Part shown: in pieces, positions 25,257-36,252 of the stretch
How the letters are laid out: every line of letters starts with the position of its first letter
Position numbering within the stretch: the first letter of the stretch is position 1
Assembly: GCA_002269645.1 (NCBI GenBank)
Contig: NIVC01002418.1
Coordinates: forward strand, 1-64,000
Length of the DNA stretch: 64,000 bases
Source of the DNA: Macrostomum lignano
Lineage: Eukaryota
Direction: 5' to 3'
Made by a program: the position numbers and the translations under genes
The notes under the pieces: model-generated
What the model was told of the DNA's origin: nothing
Database searches by the model: none
Seen by the model: the letters and a program-made list of their open reading frames with translations, nothing else

Positions 25257-27049
25257 CTAAAAATAGGGAGAAAAAATTGGAATATAGTATGCATAATTGT
25301 ATAAAGATTGAACAAATAATAGTAGCTTGCTTTGTCTTGTTTGAAAAGACAAAATATAAATATGGTTAGCAGATTAGACTAAATACTAATATAAATATTT
25401 TTAAATAGCAGATTTTAGGCTGCCTTGCTTGACTTTAATAATAAGAAATTGTTGTAAATTAAATATACTTTATATTTAACTATAAAAATCTAGATTAATT
25501 ATATATATAGGCCTATTTGGTTGCTTAAACATATTATTATTAGTCTTAGAGCCTACAAATTAGTAATCACAATTATGAATAATATAAGAAAGCTTAGAAT
25601 ATAAAAAAGTTATTTATATATTATATAACTAGTCTAAGATATATAAAGGAACAAACTATTTATTTACTTTTTATTTAACATAAATTCCTAACCAAAGAGC
25701 TTGCATGCAAGGTAGCTATCTACCTACCTAGTGTTTTAATTAATTGGATACACAAGAGCTGGCAGTTGGCCACTAAATAGGACCTAGGCCTAATAAATTG
25801 GACCCTTTCTTTCAAATCTGCATATTGCTACTAACTAAGCCTAATTAAAAAATTGCTATTACTATATTATTTTATGTTTTATGCCACGTACACCATGTAT
25901 GCTATGCCCAATAGGCTACTATATAGTATATATCATCTAATAGATTAGGACACAAACAAATAAATTTATATATGCTTGATACCACTATGACTATGAGTTA
26001 GGGCCTATGAGTATGAGTATATAATTGTGACAATCAATATAGCATACAAAAACAGGATAAGGTTTAGGCATTGGCCATGGCATTGGCAGCCTAGGCCAAA
26101 AAATCTTGTTAGGCCAAGCTCTAGGCCTAGGTAGGCAACAAAGGGCCTTCCTTGGCCCTGGGCTTACATGCTTAGCCTAGGCCTACTTAAGTAAAATGAC
26201 TTAATAATAGCCAATGTCGAAATTAAAACTATATAAAAATAGAAAAATAGAATGCATTATGCTTAATGCATATAAATTATAAAATATAGATCTGTCCCTT
26301 TCTTCAATTTTGATAAGTTTGCAAAATGATAGCAATTTAATAGCCAAAAACAGGCTTCTAAAGTTAAATATTTTAAGTATAGATACATAATCTACATTTA
26401 CATCACTACGAATCATTCTTCTCTCCTACTAAAAAGCTGTTTCTGTATATGGAAATTAGCAAGGGCAAAAGCAAGTGCATGTCTATTTAAATTTTATAAC
26501 AGTAAATCAAAAAATACTTTAATAATTAAATAAAGTTCAAAAAACTTCTATTTACAAAATAAAAAACGTTATTTTATTAAAATTATGTATTCTACTTTTA
26601 AAGGCTGACCGATAAATATTTTTTTAGTCCAAAATTTAATTGTGATTACAATAATTACGAATATAAAATTATGCAATATTGATTGCAATTTTGGAAATTA
26701 ATATAATTCGTAGATTCTTTACTACAGTTTTTAAAATTTCAGATCAAAAGTCATTCGCGGAGCATGAAAATATTTATTCTTCATTTAAATTCATATCTAG
26801 ATGGAGATCAGGTAGTTTTAAAAATCAATTACAATTATTCTAAGTTGAAATTGCAATCTCGATTGCAATTCCTACAATATTGGCAATATCTGGCAAGAAA
26901 AATTACAATACTTTACTACACTTTCTACACTTTACTACACTTATATACTTGTAATTTTTCGCAATTTATGTCGTCTAGTGTAAGCTAAGAAATCTTGCCT
27001 CATCCCCCATATAGCCTCAATATCTTGCCAATTGGCTACCACTTTTGTT

Positions 27050-27420
27050 AAGGGAGCCGTAGCCCAGCGGTAGCGCAGCTGCTCTGGTGTGCCAGCGACC
27101 CAGGCTCGATTCCAAGTGCAGTCACATTAATTTGGGGCTGAATTGGAATCTCGGCTTGGCTCTGCTCGTGCAATTAACAGCCTTGAGAGCCAACCCCCCA
27201 AGGCGCAGTGAAGTGTACATGCCTAACGATAATATAAAGTTAGGGCCGCTGTACACTCCTGTGTGAGTGTGTGCCTGCGTACGTATCCGCGCGCTTGTAT
27301 GCCTGCTCAGGGGAGTCGGCGGAATGGGCAGTAATGCCTCTCGCCGGTTGTGTGCCAATGTCGCTTAAAGTGCGCCAGGGTGCACAAAACCTCCCTGCCT
27401 TTAATAAAAAAAAGTAATAA
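27050..27420 (+). mobile_element. tRNA-derived SINE (~370 bp)
   Basis: A box TAGCCCAGCGG (27060-27070), B-box-like GGCTCGATTCC (27103-27113), A-rich tail aataaaaaaaagtaataa, and 13-bp TSD taccacttttgtt (27037-27049, 27421-27433). Confidence 0.88.
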
Positions 27421-27936
27421 TACCACTTTTGTTTTCTTTTTACTTTTTTCTGGTACCTTTTATATGAAAATATTTGCACAATTCAATAACTTTTGTCAAC
27501 CTAGGCTTACCATTATTGGGTTGGGGGAAGAAATCATTTATATAAATAATCTAAAGACTTAGGGAAGTATGACAAGAAATGCCTAAAAATTCTAGTTGTT
27601 TACAAAATAGGGGATGAAGCCAAAAGGCTTAATAACTTCTCTTAATGTTGGCATACTGAATTTAGTCACCGATGTTAACTAAGCATTCTGTTTTCCTAAG
27701 CTAGATCTCATTTAAAGTATCAATCACTTTAATATTTATGATTCTTGGGATTTCAAGAATTCTATCAATTGTCAGATTCTAGTCTAGTAATCTGTAATTA
27801 CATTTAATGGAATCTGCAGAGGCTCAGCAGTGTAAAGGGTAAGGTAAAGATGTTGGTATTTTACGAGCAGTGAGTCTTTGTGTCTTTGTGTCTTTGAGTC
27901 TTTGTGTCTGTGTCTCATCTGTGATTCATTATCTGC

Positions 27937-29023
27937 ATGGCTCCCGCCAAGCAGCAGCAGCAGCAGCAGGGCTCTGCAAAGCAGCTGTCCACCGCTGCCA
28001 ATACAAATGGCGATATAAGCACCAATGGCCCGTCTGCTAATCGGATGGAGTCCTGCAGTGAGCCTGAGCTATCGGCCTACTCATCTGAGTCTAATGACGC
28101 TGCTGAAAATCTGGAGCCAGGTGTACAGTGCCCGCCGCCTCCCGGCATGCTGCAGCTGTCTAACGGACAGCAGCAGGGTCCAATGCCCCCCACTGGCAAT
28201 GGCTGCCAGCCGCCTGTGTCCATGTGGATTAATCCGGCCATGGCCGGAGTGCCTCCGATTATTGGTTCTACTCTGGAGCATATTGTGCGACAGTTGGATA
28301 TCCTCACTCAGGTTTGCTGCGCTTGTCTGCTTGTGTATGAGCAGGAGGGTAGCGGCTCCTCGCAGTGTATGAGCAGGAGGGTAGCGGCTCCTCCCAGTGT
28401 ATGAGCAGGAGGGTAGCGGCTCCTCGCAGTGTATGAGCAGGAGGGTAGCGGCTCCTCCCAGTGTATGAGCAGGAGGGTAGCGACTCCTCCCAGTGTATGA
28501 GCAGGAGGGTAGCGGCTCCTCCCAGTGTATGAGCAGGAGGGTAGCGGCTCCTCGCAGTGTATGAGCAGGAGGGTAGCGGCTCCTCCCAGTGTATGACCGG
28601 CTCACATTGAAGGACCTGGAGGGCAGCGGTTGCCGTTGAAGGCAGAGTCGGCAAACTTTGTTGTCTCAATGGCCAGATGAAGAGAGTCTAGCTAATGACT
28701 GGGGGGGACCAGATTAGATAGAGACAAATAAGAAGGAATAGAGGAGGGAAATGGGAAAAGGGAGATGAGAGATGAGAGGATATGCGAAGGGAAAGCAGAG
28801 AGAAGGGGAGAGAGGACAGACAAACCTTGAGCGGGCTGAATTGCTTTTGGTGCGTCAGTTCGCTCGCCAGCTCATGCAAAGCATTGATAGCTTAATTCTC
28901 TCAACATTGCAGACTGTGGCCATCCTGGAGAAGCGCTTGACCATCACTGAGACCAACATGCGCCTCTTGCTTGCCCAGCAGCAGCAGCAGCAACAGCAGC
29001 ATGATCAATATGGAGACGAATAA
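27937..29023 (+). CDS. POC1: POC1 centriolar protein C-terminal part (linker plus Poc1 coiled coil); intron 28312..28912; no WD40 exons found upstream
   Basis: The spliced product reads STLEHIVRQLDILTQ|TVAILEKRLTITETNMR, matching the conserved POC1 motif LEHI..QL..LTQTV.ILE.RLT.TE. GT-AG junction in phase 0. Confidence 0.8.
28335..28596 (+). repeat. 31-bp minisatellite in the POC1 intron
   Basis: gtgtatgagcaggagggtagcggctcctc(g/c)ca, ~8 copies. Confidence 0.95.
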
Positions 29024-29842
29024 TGAGTGTTTCAATGTAATTCTTGAAATTGAAATTGCGGTCTGTATGTAGTTTATTTTATGTATTATGTATTGTTTAA
29101 ATTTTTTATTTGATTTCAACCGATTTAACCTGCAGATGACGAATCGAAAGCAACAGATAAAAATGAGAGATAGTAACAAGAGATTATTAATACTATTCGA
29201 TATTTGTTCTTCTCTGCTTTGCTTCGCCAGCTTTTACTGACACTTTCTTTTGTTCGCTGAATCAATGACGGACCTTGAACCTCCGAATGTCGGCCTGATT
29301 TAAGATTTGATAAGCTCATAAAGTTTACAGAGATGCAATGCGGCACCTGATGCTGACCTGTTTTGTGTGCATCTGCTTCTCATCTGCTTCTCTGACTCTC
29401 TCCATCTGTCCGCTTGTTGTTTCTCTAATTCCAAACAGGTGTTTCACTGACTTATAAGTTCAATTGATGGCTGCCAGCATTGCATCTCTTGCAAAACACA
29501 ACTTTTGTCAATGTGCTTTTGTGTAATAGCAAATGCTCTCCGACGGCTATCCAGTGTTCGTTTCACTGCCTTCCCTGCGAGTGTCTAACAATGGCCCCTT
29601 CCATTTCTGTCTGCGCATGAGTTTTGCGCGTGGCGAACAGCAGACTTTATCGTCATTGTTTGTGTCAGAACCCTTCTCTCTCTCATATTTTCTTTTTTGA
29701 CTGAGAAATTCACATTTTTCTGACCGCATTCTACTGCTCGGCTGCGTAGTAGTAGCAAGTAGTGTTTTTTTATTTTTTTAAACAGCAGCCTTTGGTTTTT
29801 TATGAATCGCTACTTGACCGCTTAGCTGTATCTTTACCTGAT

Positions 29843-30297
29843 AACACAGATACTAGAATAAAAAGCAGAGCGTTATTTTTCAGTAGCTGTCTGCGTAGTG
29901 TCACTTAAATGTAATGTGCCAGCTAAATGTTAAGAATGAACAACAAGCATTTAACTCAATGTACACAAGTGAACGCAAAGACGGATTGAACCCAGTCTAG
30001 AAGGGCAGGCTCAATCTACCTCAGCCAATGAGAGAGCAGTAAGGAGAGAGATCGAAGTCAGACGGACGAAACCGAGCCTAAGGGGGCAGGCCCAATCTAG
30101 CTCAGCCAATGAGAGAGCAGTAAGGAGAGAGGTCAGAGTCAGACACAAGCGGGCAAGAGGAAAGCCAACTCTTGATCGGCCTGGCTTGGGCTGGGGCGCC
30201 ACCCCCTTTCTTTAAAAAACTATTTTACTAATGTACAGCAAAAACGCTAATTTTTTCTAATGAAAAATACTAACTAGTTATTCTAGTATCTGTGTCT
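29843..30297. mobile_element. Inverted-repeat (MITE-like) segment with an internal ~80-bp duplication carrying CCAAT boxes
   Basis: acacagatactagaataa (~29845) and ttattctagtatctgtgt (~30279) are inverted. gggcagg...ctcagccaatgagagagcagtaaggagaga occurs twice within 30003-30130. Termini not defined. Confidence 0.45.
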
Positions 30298-31571
30298 TAC
30301 AAGGGACTTGAAAGTTAATTAAGCTCCCTCAGTGGCTTTCCAGCTTAGCTAAAAGTTCCTACTGTCTGCTTGGCTGCACCAACTTGACATGCTAAACTTT
30401 TTTATTGATACCGTATGTACTATAGCGTCATTCTTTTCAATCCGGCATTTATAGTTCAGTTGCGCTGTTCTCACACACTTCGCCCCTGTTCGTTTTATTT
30501 TAAACCGGGCAACAACCAGTTTTTGCGTAGCAGGTGAAACTTTAGCAAATTCCTGGCATTGAGCAGCATGTAGGATGTTGGGTGTCCCTTTAAACTATTT
30601 GTGTTTTTGATTTCATATTTTTTAACCGTTACGTAATGCCGCGTGGATTCTATTTTTCTTTCTGCCCACCCCCTTTAAGTGCTCATATATGCCAGTGAAC
30701 TTTTATTTATCAACTCATTTTTAAAACAAAAATTGATCCAAGCTGTGTGTGTCTTATGCTTCGTCGGTAGCGGTCTCAGATGATATTTCTGTCAAAAGTT
30801 GTTGCGCTGTGTGTTCGTGCTCCGCCTCCCTCTAAGCGCTGTAGTTGTATTTTGTAAACATACTAATAAACAGTCAAGGGTCACTGACGTCTAAGAGAGA
30901 TGCCCGATATGTAGTGTTGCTTGGTTAAATTGGCTTTATTAAGTATTCTGAGGGATTTATTAAATCTGACCTCTACCTTTTGCCAGGTGTAAATTTAAGT
31001 TACTGTCTGACCACCAAAGCCTAAACCGATTACTCCTTTTAAATATCTTCATGTACTTTTCCTCATTCTCAAAGCCGTACTGTCTTGCGCTTTTATCTAG
31101 CTTTATATTTCACAAATGGAGTCGAAAAAAGGGCGAGTATATGCATATTACACTACTATTATACTGCTACTAATACACGTTCGTGGAGAGCTCATTTGCG
31201 CTTTTTTGAGAAATTAATTTAAAACTATACTGTTTTTTAGTGTTACTTTTTCATTTCATTTTCAAATTAAAAGTGTAGCAGTTAAGCCAAGTTCACTACT
31301 TCCTAGATGAGTAGGATATAAATCATTGAAAATGCAAGATAGGTTTTTTGTCTTAGGAATTTCTCTTAGGAATATATTTTGGTTCGAAGAAAGTCCTGAT
31401 GACAATCAAAACCCGTTGGCTTGTCGGAAAGAAAGAAGTAATTTTAATCCTCTTAGCGAGCTCGCATTCTGTAAATTTTATAACTGAGACTATATTTAAA
31501 ATAGCAGGCTATTCTGCAAGTTAGCGACCGATGGTAAAAAATTAGCGAGTCAGCTGTTAGCGCAATCAGAT

Positions 31572-31841
31572 TCAACCAGACTTGAACAGCAGGATGGCCA
31601 CCTGGCCCAGGTAGAAGTAGATGAAGTGCTTGGTCTCGTGGGTCACGTAGCTACCGAAGTTGCGGCCCACGATGCAGTGCCAGGTCGGGTTGTACTTCTT
31701 GTCGAACTCCTTCTTGATGTAGGCGGCGATGTCCTTCTCGACGTTGAACTTCTCCAGAGCCTGGGTGGAGCAGTCAACGGCATCCTGCTGCATGTCCTCG
31801 GACATGTCGGCGTTCTTGATGACGGCCTTGCGCTCAGACAT
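31572..31841 (-). CDS. DYNLL: Dynein light chain LC8 (89 aa), intronless CDS with a probable 5' UTR intron (donor ~32136)
   Basis: [24 protein letters not shown]...[34 protein letters not shown] is the canonical LC8 sequence. Confidence 0.99.
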   Translation of the reverse strand: MSERKAVIKNADMSEDMQQDAVDCSTQALEKFNVEKDIAAYIKKEFDKKYNPTWHCIVGRNFGSYVTHETKHFIYFYLGQVAILLFKSG

Positions 31842-32702
31842 TCTGTTGTCGGGTGGTTTCTAGCTGCTGAGGGAATTGAGAGATAGTTGGCTGCGAGGTC
31901 GCGCTGGAATGCTGCTTGCTGGGAGGCTTCGACAGTTCAATCTGCTCAGAAATTTATGCCGACGCTGCTGGGCAGCTTAGCTTCAGCAGTTAGGCGCAGT
32001 GGCCTTCGCCTATTGGCTGTCCCGGTCGGTGTTAGAGCCAGCAATTTAGCTTCAGTTCTCAGTAGTTTAAGGCGGCACCGCTCTGCCAGGCTTTCAGTCT
32101 GATTGGCTGGAGCTCAGTCTGTCAGGTAAACTTACCTGCAGAAAACTGGCTTCGGATGGTTTTAGCTTGGGTGGGGGGTTGCTCAAAGCCCGGTTTTGGG
32201 GTCAGTGGAAGCCCCACCCCGTCTCACCCACTATAACAACTCAGCTTGCATTCCTTGAGTTCGAGCAGTCCTCCACCCAACCACCAAACAAATTGTTGTA
32301 TTATCCATAGTAATGCGTAGGAAGGGAGGGCATTCTATTAGCCAACAATTCAGTTTTTCATTCTTACGCTTGCTTGAGCCATTTTCTTTGTAGAACTTGA
32401 CGCACACAGTTTAGAGAGTTCGTGCGGCGCTGTGCTAGCTTGTAGGTAGCACGCATGCATGCCCCCCCGGCTTTGCTTGCTTAATTTCATAAGCAACTGC
32501 GAGTGCCAGCAATGCTTGCAACTCTCATGTCTGTATATATGTTGCGGTTTCAAATATAAATACTTGGGTCTTTGTTATATAATATGATATAGTAAAATGC
32601 ATCCAAGTTAAGACCTTTTATCTCAATTCGTCTTGTGTCTATTGACTCCCTTCATTTTTGTGTCTTCTTTGCTTTTCGGTATCGGTTTTTTCACTCCACC
32701 AC

Positions 32703-33420
32703 CTGGTAGAGGGCGGAGCTCCCACTGGGTAGAGATCGGAGCTCCCACTGGGTAGAGATCGGAGCTCCCACTGGGTAGAGATCGGAGCTCCCACTGGGTA
32801 GAGATCGGAGCTCCCACTGGGTAGAGGGCGGAGCTCCCACTGGGTAGAGATCGGATCTCCTACTGGGTAGAGGGCGGACTTCCCACTGGGTAGAGGGGCG
32901 GAGCTCCCATGCAGGGTTGAGGGCGGAGGTTCCACTGGGTAGAGGGCGGAGCTCCCATGTAGGGTAGAGTGCGGAGGTTCCACTGGGTAGAGGGCGGAGC
33001 TCCCATGCAGGGTAGAGGGCAGAGCTCCCACTGGGTAGAGGTCGGAGCTCCCATGCAGGGTAGAGGGCGGAGCTCCCACTGGGTAAAGGGCGGAGCTCCC
33101 ATGCAGGGTAGAGGGCGGAGCTCTCACTGGGTAGAGGACGGAGCTCTCACTGGGTAGAGGGCGGAGCTCTCACTGGGTAGAGGGCAGAGCTCCCACTGGG
33201 TGGAGGGCAGAGCTCCCACTGGGTGGAGGGCAGAGCTCCCACTGGGTAGAGGGCGGAGCTCCCACTGGGTAGAGGGCGGAGCTCCTACTGGGTAGAGATC
33301 GGAGCTCCCACTGGGTAGAGGGCGGAGCTCCCACTGGGTAGAGGGCAGAGCTCCCACTGGGTAGAGGGCAGAGCTCCCACTGGGTAGAGGGCGGAGCTCC
33401 CACTGGGTGGAGGGCGGAGT
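32703..33420 (+). repeat. 23-bp G-rich minisatellite between DYNLL and TMEM129
   Basis: gggtagagggcggagctcccact, ~30 units with variants. Confidence 0.97.
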
Positions 33421-33627
33421 TTTCACAAGGTAGAGGCCTGACGAGTTATTTCATAACTCAGTGTGCTTGATGCCTTGTTCTCAACTTCTCAACTCAAGTA
33501 TGCCCTATTCTAAGTTATGATCAATGTAGATTCCCGCGATTTTCTCCAGCAATTTTGCTTATTCCCCACTTTTCTGGACGCAGATCTCGAAGGCGTTTTC
33601 GACTGGTCCGACGCAGCCGATGACCAA

Positions 33628-35341
33628 ATGGAAGCTGCCGCAGCTGCCTGGCAAACTGGCGACGCCATTCACAGCCTCATCTTCGCCGCCCTGGCGCTCT
33701 GCTTGGTCGCTCCACCCACCGAGGTGGTTAGCGCCGGCCTCACCGTTCAGAATCTGTTCAGGCGGTGGCTGCCCAGCGAACAGCTGCAGTTTGTTAGGCA
33801 CCATCTGCATCGGACTGCTCTGACTGCTCTGCTGCACTCGCTGCTGCCTACGGTTTATTATGTCTACATGGCTGTCGCCTGTCCGCACCTGCAGCTCTTG
33901 CCGAATCCTCTGAAGGCTGCAGCTGTCTGGCGGTGCCTCGCCATCGTAGCTATTGCTGCGCCCGCCGCTGCCGCCTGCCTCTATTGGCGATGGACGCGAG
34001 CTGGTTTCCGGGTGAGCAGAGGGCGGAGTTCCCGGCGGGTAGAGGGGAGGGCGGAGTTCCCGGTGGATAGAGGGCGGAGTTCCCGGTGGGTAGAGGGCGG
34101 AGTTCCCATTGGATAGAAGGCGGAGTTCCCGGTGGGTAGATGGCGGAATTCCCGGTGGATAGAGGGCGGAGTTCCCGGTGGGTAGAGGGCGGAGTTCCCG
34201 GTGGGTAGAGGGCGGAGTTCCCGGTGGTTAGAGGGCAGAGTTCCCGGTGGGTAGAGGGCGGAGTTCCCGGTGGGTAGATGGCGGAATTCCCGGTGGATAG
34301 AGGGCGGAGTTCCCGGTGGGTAGAGGGCGGAGTTCCCGGTGGGTAGAGGGCGGAGTTCTCGGTGGGTAGAGGGCGGAGTTCCCGGTGGGTAGAGGGCGGA
34401 GTTCCCGGTGGGTAGAGGGCGGAGTTCCCGGTGGGTAGAGGGCGGAATTCCCATACAAGTCTACGAGTTTCCAGTGAGATGCAGGTGCATAGAATTCGCT
34501 GCCCCATCTCCGCAGCACCACCCGATCGCGGCAAAGCTGGCCAGAGCCGCTCGCAACTCCAACTGGGCCGAAGTTGCCAGCGCAATCGATGTGGAATTTC
34601 GACGCTACGACAAATTCGTTACTGGCCAGATGGGCAGGCAGGTGCGAGAGATTTAAATTGTGTTTTTATTGAGTTTGTTTTTTCATTTTCCGATTTTCCT
34701 TCCTTTTTCAAATCGATCGTCGGGCCCAGCTAATCGTGACGGACGGCTGGCTTCTGCAGACCAGCGCCTACACGGTGCAGGTCGCTCCGCAGGCCAGCCT
34801 GATGCTCCGAGTCCTGTCCGCCGATGAGCATCGAGTCTCGCCGGACAGCGGGCCGCTTGGCGCCCAGATTCTTCGCATAGCGGTGATCCCGCTGGACTCG
34901 GACAGATTCGGACAGTTCGAGGTGCGCGTCAACTCGGCAGTTTATAGCGACCTGCGCGAGAAGCTGACGGCTCCGGTCACCGCCGCCCAGTCTGTGATGA
35001 TTCGGCAGTCGCTGAGCGACCAGTTTGTTGAAGCCTTCGCCGAGTGCGTCGCTGAGAATGGCCGGCTTCGGGGCGCCCCGGGCCAGCAGCAGCAGCAGCC
35101 GCAGCAGTGCCTGGGCTGTCTGAACCAGCCGGCCGACTGCCGGATCGCCCCGGGCTGCGACAGCGCCGGGAACTGCGGCGGATGCCGCTGCCAGCCGATG
35201 TGGTGCCGCGGCTGTCTTGGCCGATGGTTCGCCAGCCGGCAGGCCCAGGCTGGCAGGGAGACGGAGGCGTGGATGTCCGGCAAAGCGCCTTGTCCGACAT
35301 GCCGGGCGGAGTTCTGCGTGCTTGACGTGTTTCAACTGTGA
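33628..35341 (+). CDS. TMEM129: E3 ubiquitin ligase TMEM129 (exons 33628-34011, 34516-34641, 34730-35341)
   Basis: Motifs AGLTVQNL..W, HL.RT...L.HSLLP, HPIA..LA, EFRR.DKF, and a C-terminal RING CLGC...CRCQPMWCRGCLGRWFASRQ...PCPTCRAEFCVLDV. All junctions are GT-AG in phase 0. Confidence 0.96.
34016..34452 (+). repeat. 23-bp minisatellite in TMEM129 intron 1, same family as 32703..33420
   Basis: gggtagagggcggagttcccggt, ~19 units. Confidence 0.97.
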
Positions 35342-35639
35342 TGCCCGATCTGTTCCTTACATAGTTTCCTTGCCTTTGTTTCTATGCTATTCGCGTTGTC
35401 ATGCCTTTTCTTATTTAAATTCAGGGGTTGATGACAATTATTAAGGTATTTTTTTTTGGGGGGGGGGTGAATTACTCAGCGGTAACTTGGCTTTCTCGGA
35501 TCTCCATCACGCGTTCAATTCTCAGCTGTGCGCTAGTTTCTCAAGCTGCTACTGGATTATGGATTTGTTTATCCTAATTGTGTAACCAAATCGTCCTGAT
35601 TAAATAAACTTAAAAAAAGATACAATTTTTCAGGTTCAG

Positions 35640-36252
35640 CTCAAGGACTACTCAAGTAAAAGGACGGCAAACTATGCTTCTTGGAAAATTTTAGGAGGCC
35701 GGTTTTACCGTAGAAAATACATTACGGGGATTTTGCGGCCCTGGACATCTATGCATTTTTCGGTAAAAAGATTTGCGTGTACTCGTAAGCTACTTTCAGT
35801 TCAGTAGTAAGTTAAACTGAAGCATTTTAATCTATTTTAAAGACAAGGCTCATTTATTGGCTTTTACCCCGCCCCCCCAGCTTAAACCCTCAAACTCCAC
35901 ACAGAACCGCCACCCCTTCCCCACCACCCAGTTTTTATTGGCTGTTCCAGCCTAAAGCTGGCATTTACATTTCAGTGGACTGGCTAATGTACATTGTTGC
36001 TGAACCAATTAGCAAGCTGTTTACGCCTGCAAGCTTGGCTTCTAAACTTATCAAAGTCATTTCAGCTGCCTTTATTTTTATAAAATAGCTTATGTGTTCT
36101 TCTTTGCTACTGAACTGAAAGTAGAAAGCTGTTTTGCTAAGTATATGCCTGAGTGGCCCATCTGGTTATTCTAGTATCTGTGGTAAAAGCCGGCCTCCTA
36201 AACCTTTCCAAAAAACGTAGTTCCCCGTCGTTCTTCTCGAGTATTCCTCGCT
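35640..36252. mobile_element. MITE-like element with ~85-bp imperfect terminal inverted repeats
   Basis: aggactactcaag...ttggaaaattttaggaggccggttttacc versus rc aggaatactcgag...ttggaaaggtttaggaggccggcttttacc. TSD not resolved. Confidence 0.6.

Larger units (their letters stand above)
20485..26980 (-). mobile_element. CACTA/EnSpm (CMC) DNA transposon, 6496 bp
   Basis: Perfect 10-bp TIR CACTAGACGA with imperfect extension, 2-bp TA TSD, aattgcaat subterminal repeats, and two internal genes on the minus strand. Confidence 0.92.

Noticed and set aside
27052-27125. Functional tRNA gene
   Set aside because: The B box is mutated, the acceptor stem does not close, and the sequence continues into a body, A tail and TSD, so it is a SINE head.
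32623-34585. Tandem arrays as CRISPR arrays or repeat-protein ORFs
   Set aside because: Head-to-tail units with no unique spacers, no cas genes and a eukaryotic context. The ORFs are repeat artifacts antisense to or intronic in TMEM129.
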